A DNA stretch of 63,476 nt, counting the filler, from Jimgerdemannia flammicorona (taxonomy: Eukaryota): assembly GCA_003990765.1 (NCBI GenBank). It is 3 parts of 3 records of this genome, joined end to end, with 100 filler letters (N's around TTAATTAATTAA, not from the genome) between each part and the next. Parts side by side here need not be neighbours in the genome. Positions count along the whole stretch, not along the records: positions 42,387 to 63,476 come from RBNJ01001538.1; 2 more parts are not named here. One strand, written 5' to 3'. Positions 61,399 to 63,476 of the stretch are shown piece by piece. The number at the start of each line of letters is the position of its first letter. Position 1 is the first letter of the stretch. The translations under genes and the position numbers were made by a program. The notes under the pieces were generated by a model. It was given only the letters and a program-made list of their open reading frames with translations. It was not told the origin of the DNA and ran no database searches.

Positions 61399-63458
61399 AA
61401 AACTATCAGACCAAGTATATGAACTTAGAGTGAAGAGAAGTCTCCTATAACATTGGTGACATAGTCATACTTAGAACAGACCACCTCCACTCAGATATCC
61501 TGGTACAACAACCAGTCAAGAAACTCTATACTAGAAGAATTAGACCATACAAGATTGTAGAAAAAGCCTGCAAAGTCAACTACAAGTTACAACTTCTCTA
61601 TAATATCTAAGTATACTCAGTATTCCATATCAGCCAATTGGTGGACTATTATGAGAACTCATTCTCCAAGTATACAGTTCCACCACTACCCCCAATTAGG
61701 ATCAATGATCATAAGGAATTTGAAATTGAGAAAGTACTTGACCACAAGGTCTGCAAATACCCCAAAACAGTCAAGCAGTTTTTCCTGATCAAGTGGAAGG
61801 GTTACTCCATCCATAATGCCATCTGGAAAAAAGAAAAAGCTCTGAAAAATACACACAAAGTCCTCCAGGACTATATGGAAACACTCACTCCCTAGCAAAG
61901 GAAGGAACTACAGCTCTAAGAATTAGAGCATATAGTAAGCAGAAGGATATCACATATTTTTATCCAAAACATATTATACCAAATATTGTAGCAAAAGAAA
62001 CACTATAGATAATCAATGAGAAGATACTCAGGTGAAGGACAATCTAGTATAGTATAGCAAAATGTATTTGAATAACTCTATTTTATACCATCTGTATTAT
62101 CTCTGCTGGATGATAACAGATACTTCATATGGAACTTAAGAAAGCCAACAATGTTGAAACCAGTCTAAGTCCATCTATGTGACAGATATTGTTACTAAGA
62201 ATTGCCTTAGATTACAAGAAAGTCTATTTCTGAGAGGTTTGAACCCCCAGTCATAATAATGGGAGCCCTCACCCTAGACAAGAATGGCCAGTCCTCACAA
62301 ATGCACCAACCAGACAAATAAAAAAGAGGGCCAAGACCTGTTAACTCTGTGTAACCATGACTATGAGTGACAATATCATTGAGATCAGGACTTTCTCATG
62401 TGACCAGCATATGCCCTGCTTTAGCAATAGATCATATGTTTTGCAGGAAAGCATGACTAAAAGAAGGTTACACCAGATAGGTGAATAAGTATAAATACCC
62501 AAGACAAGAATACTCTGCAACTCTTATCCCCCTCTCCTTATAAAGAAATGACAAGACAAGAATGCCTGCTACCTACTACCAAACTGCCTGCTGTAGCCAA
62601 CCCCTTCTAAGCCAGATTGACCACCTCTTTGGATATATCTAGGTTACTATCCAAGGAAGGAACTGCTGCTCTGAGGCCCTTAACTTCTCCAGCCCAGACC
62701 TAGGACAGTATGTCCTTGACTGCTGTGAACTGATCAAAATGGCCTATCTTGTTACCAGCTACCTAGAAATCTAGCATGAATGCAAAATTGGCCACCAGCT
62801 TCTGCAACATACAAATGGCCTATCCACTGACCAGGTCTCTGACTGGACCTACCTAGATAGGCATAAGCAAAGACTTACCAAGAAGGTTTATTAAATCATA
62901 TACTATATATCCTTTGCAATCTCCAACCTCAACTACATACAACTAAAGGACTTCCAGAACCTCTCCTTCCCTGAGGTTGATGCCCTAGAAACCAAGGTTG
63001 CCCAAGAAGCCAACTCTTGAATTGCCCCCAAGTCTACTGATATTGAGCCTTACTAGAGCCCTCTCCTGAATAATAACCCAGACTAATGGCTCCAAGGCCT
63101 CTCTGACCTCTTTAAAGGACCACCTATCTAAATAGATATTCTCAGGCATGAGGATCAAGAACTCTACTTGAATGGCCCCAACCACATCAGATGGAGAACC
63201 CCTACACCAGCATCTATCCCAATGCAAGAACTATTTATAGATCTCATTGACTTCTCTATCCTGGACAGCAAGCCATCAGCAACCACCCCTGCCACTGAAG
63301 AAGATGGCAACAACTCTGAGGAAGATTCTCCACCTTTCTCTCCCCTGGTTCTCAATTTCCAAATCAACAAGGACATTAATTTCTAAAGAGAGAAGGATGT
63401 AATTGAATGAGGTGCAATGAGCAATCATGTGACCTAGTGAGTGATGACATCATCATAC
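61399..63458 (+). mobile_element. Family 4 copy C, 3' part (IN tail-chromo-ORF-X-ORF-Y-LTR start)
   Basis: 61399 onward matches about 48259 onward. Chromodomain ORF 61638-61895, ORF-Y 62562-63386 in one frame, LTR from 63398 cut by poly(T). Confidence 0.93.
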
Positions 63459-63476
63459 ATTTTTTTTTTTTTTTTT

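Overview
This is eukaryotic, most likely fungal, transposon-graveyard DNA with no recognisable host gene, RNA gene or CRISPR array. The window is three unrelated contigs (1-21094, 21195-42286, 42387-63476) joined by artificial N44-TTAATTAATTAA-N44 spacers. It holds at least four Ty3/Gypsy LTR-retrotransposon families, all encoding dUTPase. It also has a decayed Ty1/Copia pol, two near-full-length L1/Tx1-like LINEs plus several truncated non-LTR insertions, an intron-containing hAT transposase relic and a young fold-back MITE. Nearly all ORFs are broken by C>T/G>A changes at CpG and CpA. Manual read-through of the stops reveals the main signal, a set of unannotated accessory modules shared between different Gypsy families. 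(i) A ~275-codon 3' ORF ('ORF-Y') lies between pol and the PPT with its own TATA box; it is clearly homologous in two families and possibly a third. (ii) A shorter 'ORF-X' is internal in one family and inside the LTR U3 of another. (iii) A Cys/His module travels with the dUTPase. (iv) A conserved N-terminal Gag extension is present in two families. Also notable are a complete TSD-flanked LTR element lacking RT/RNase H/integrase core, triple self-nesting of one chromovirus family, and a poly(A)-only insertion with a perfect TSD. All alignments were done by eye, and domain boundaries are approximate.
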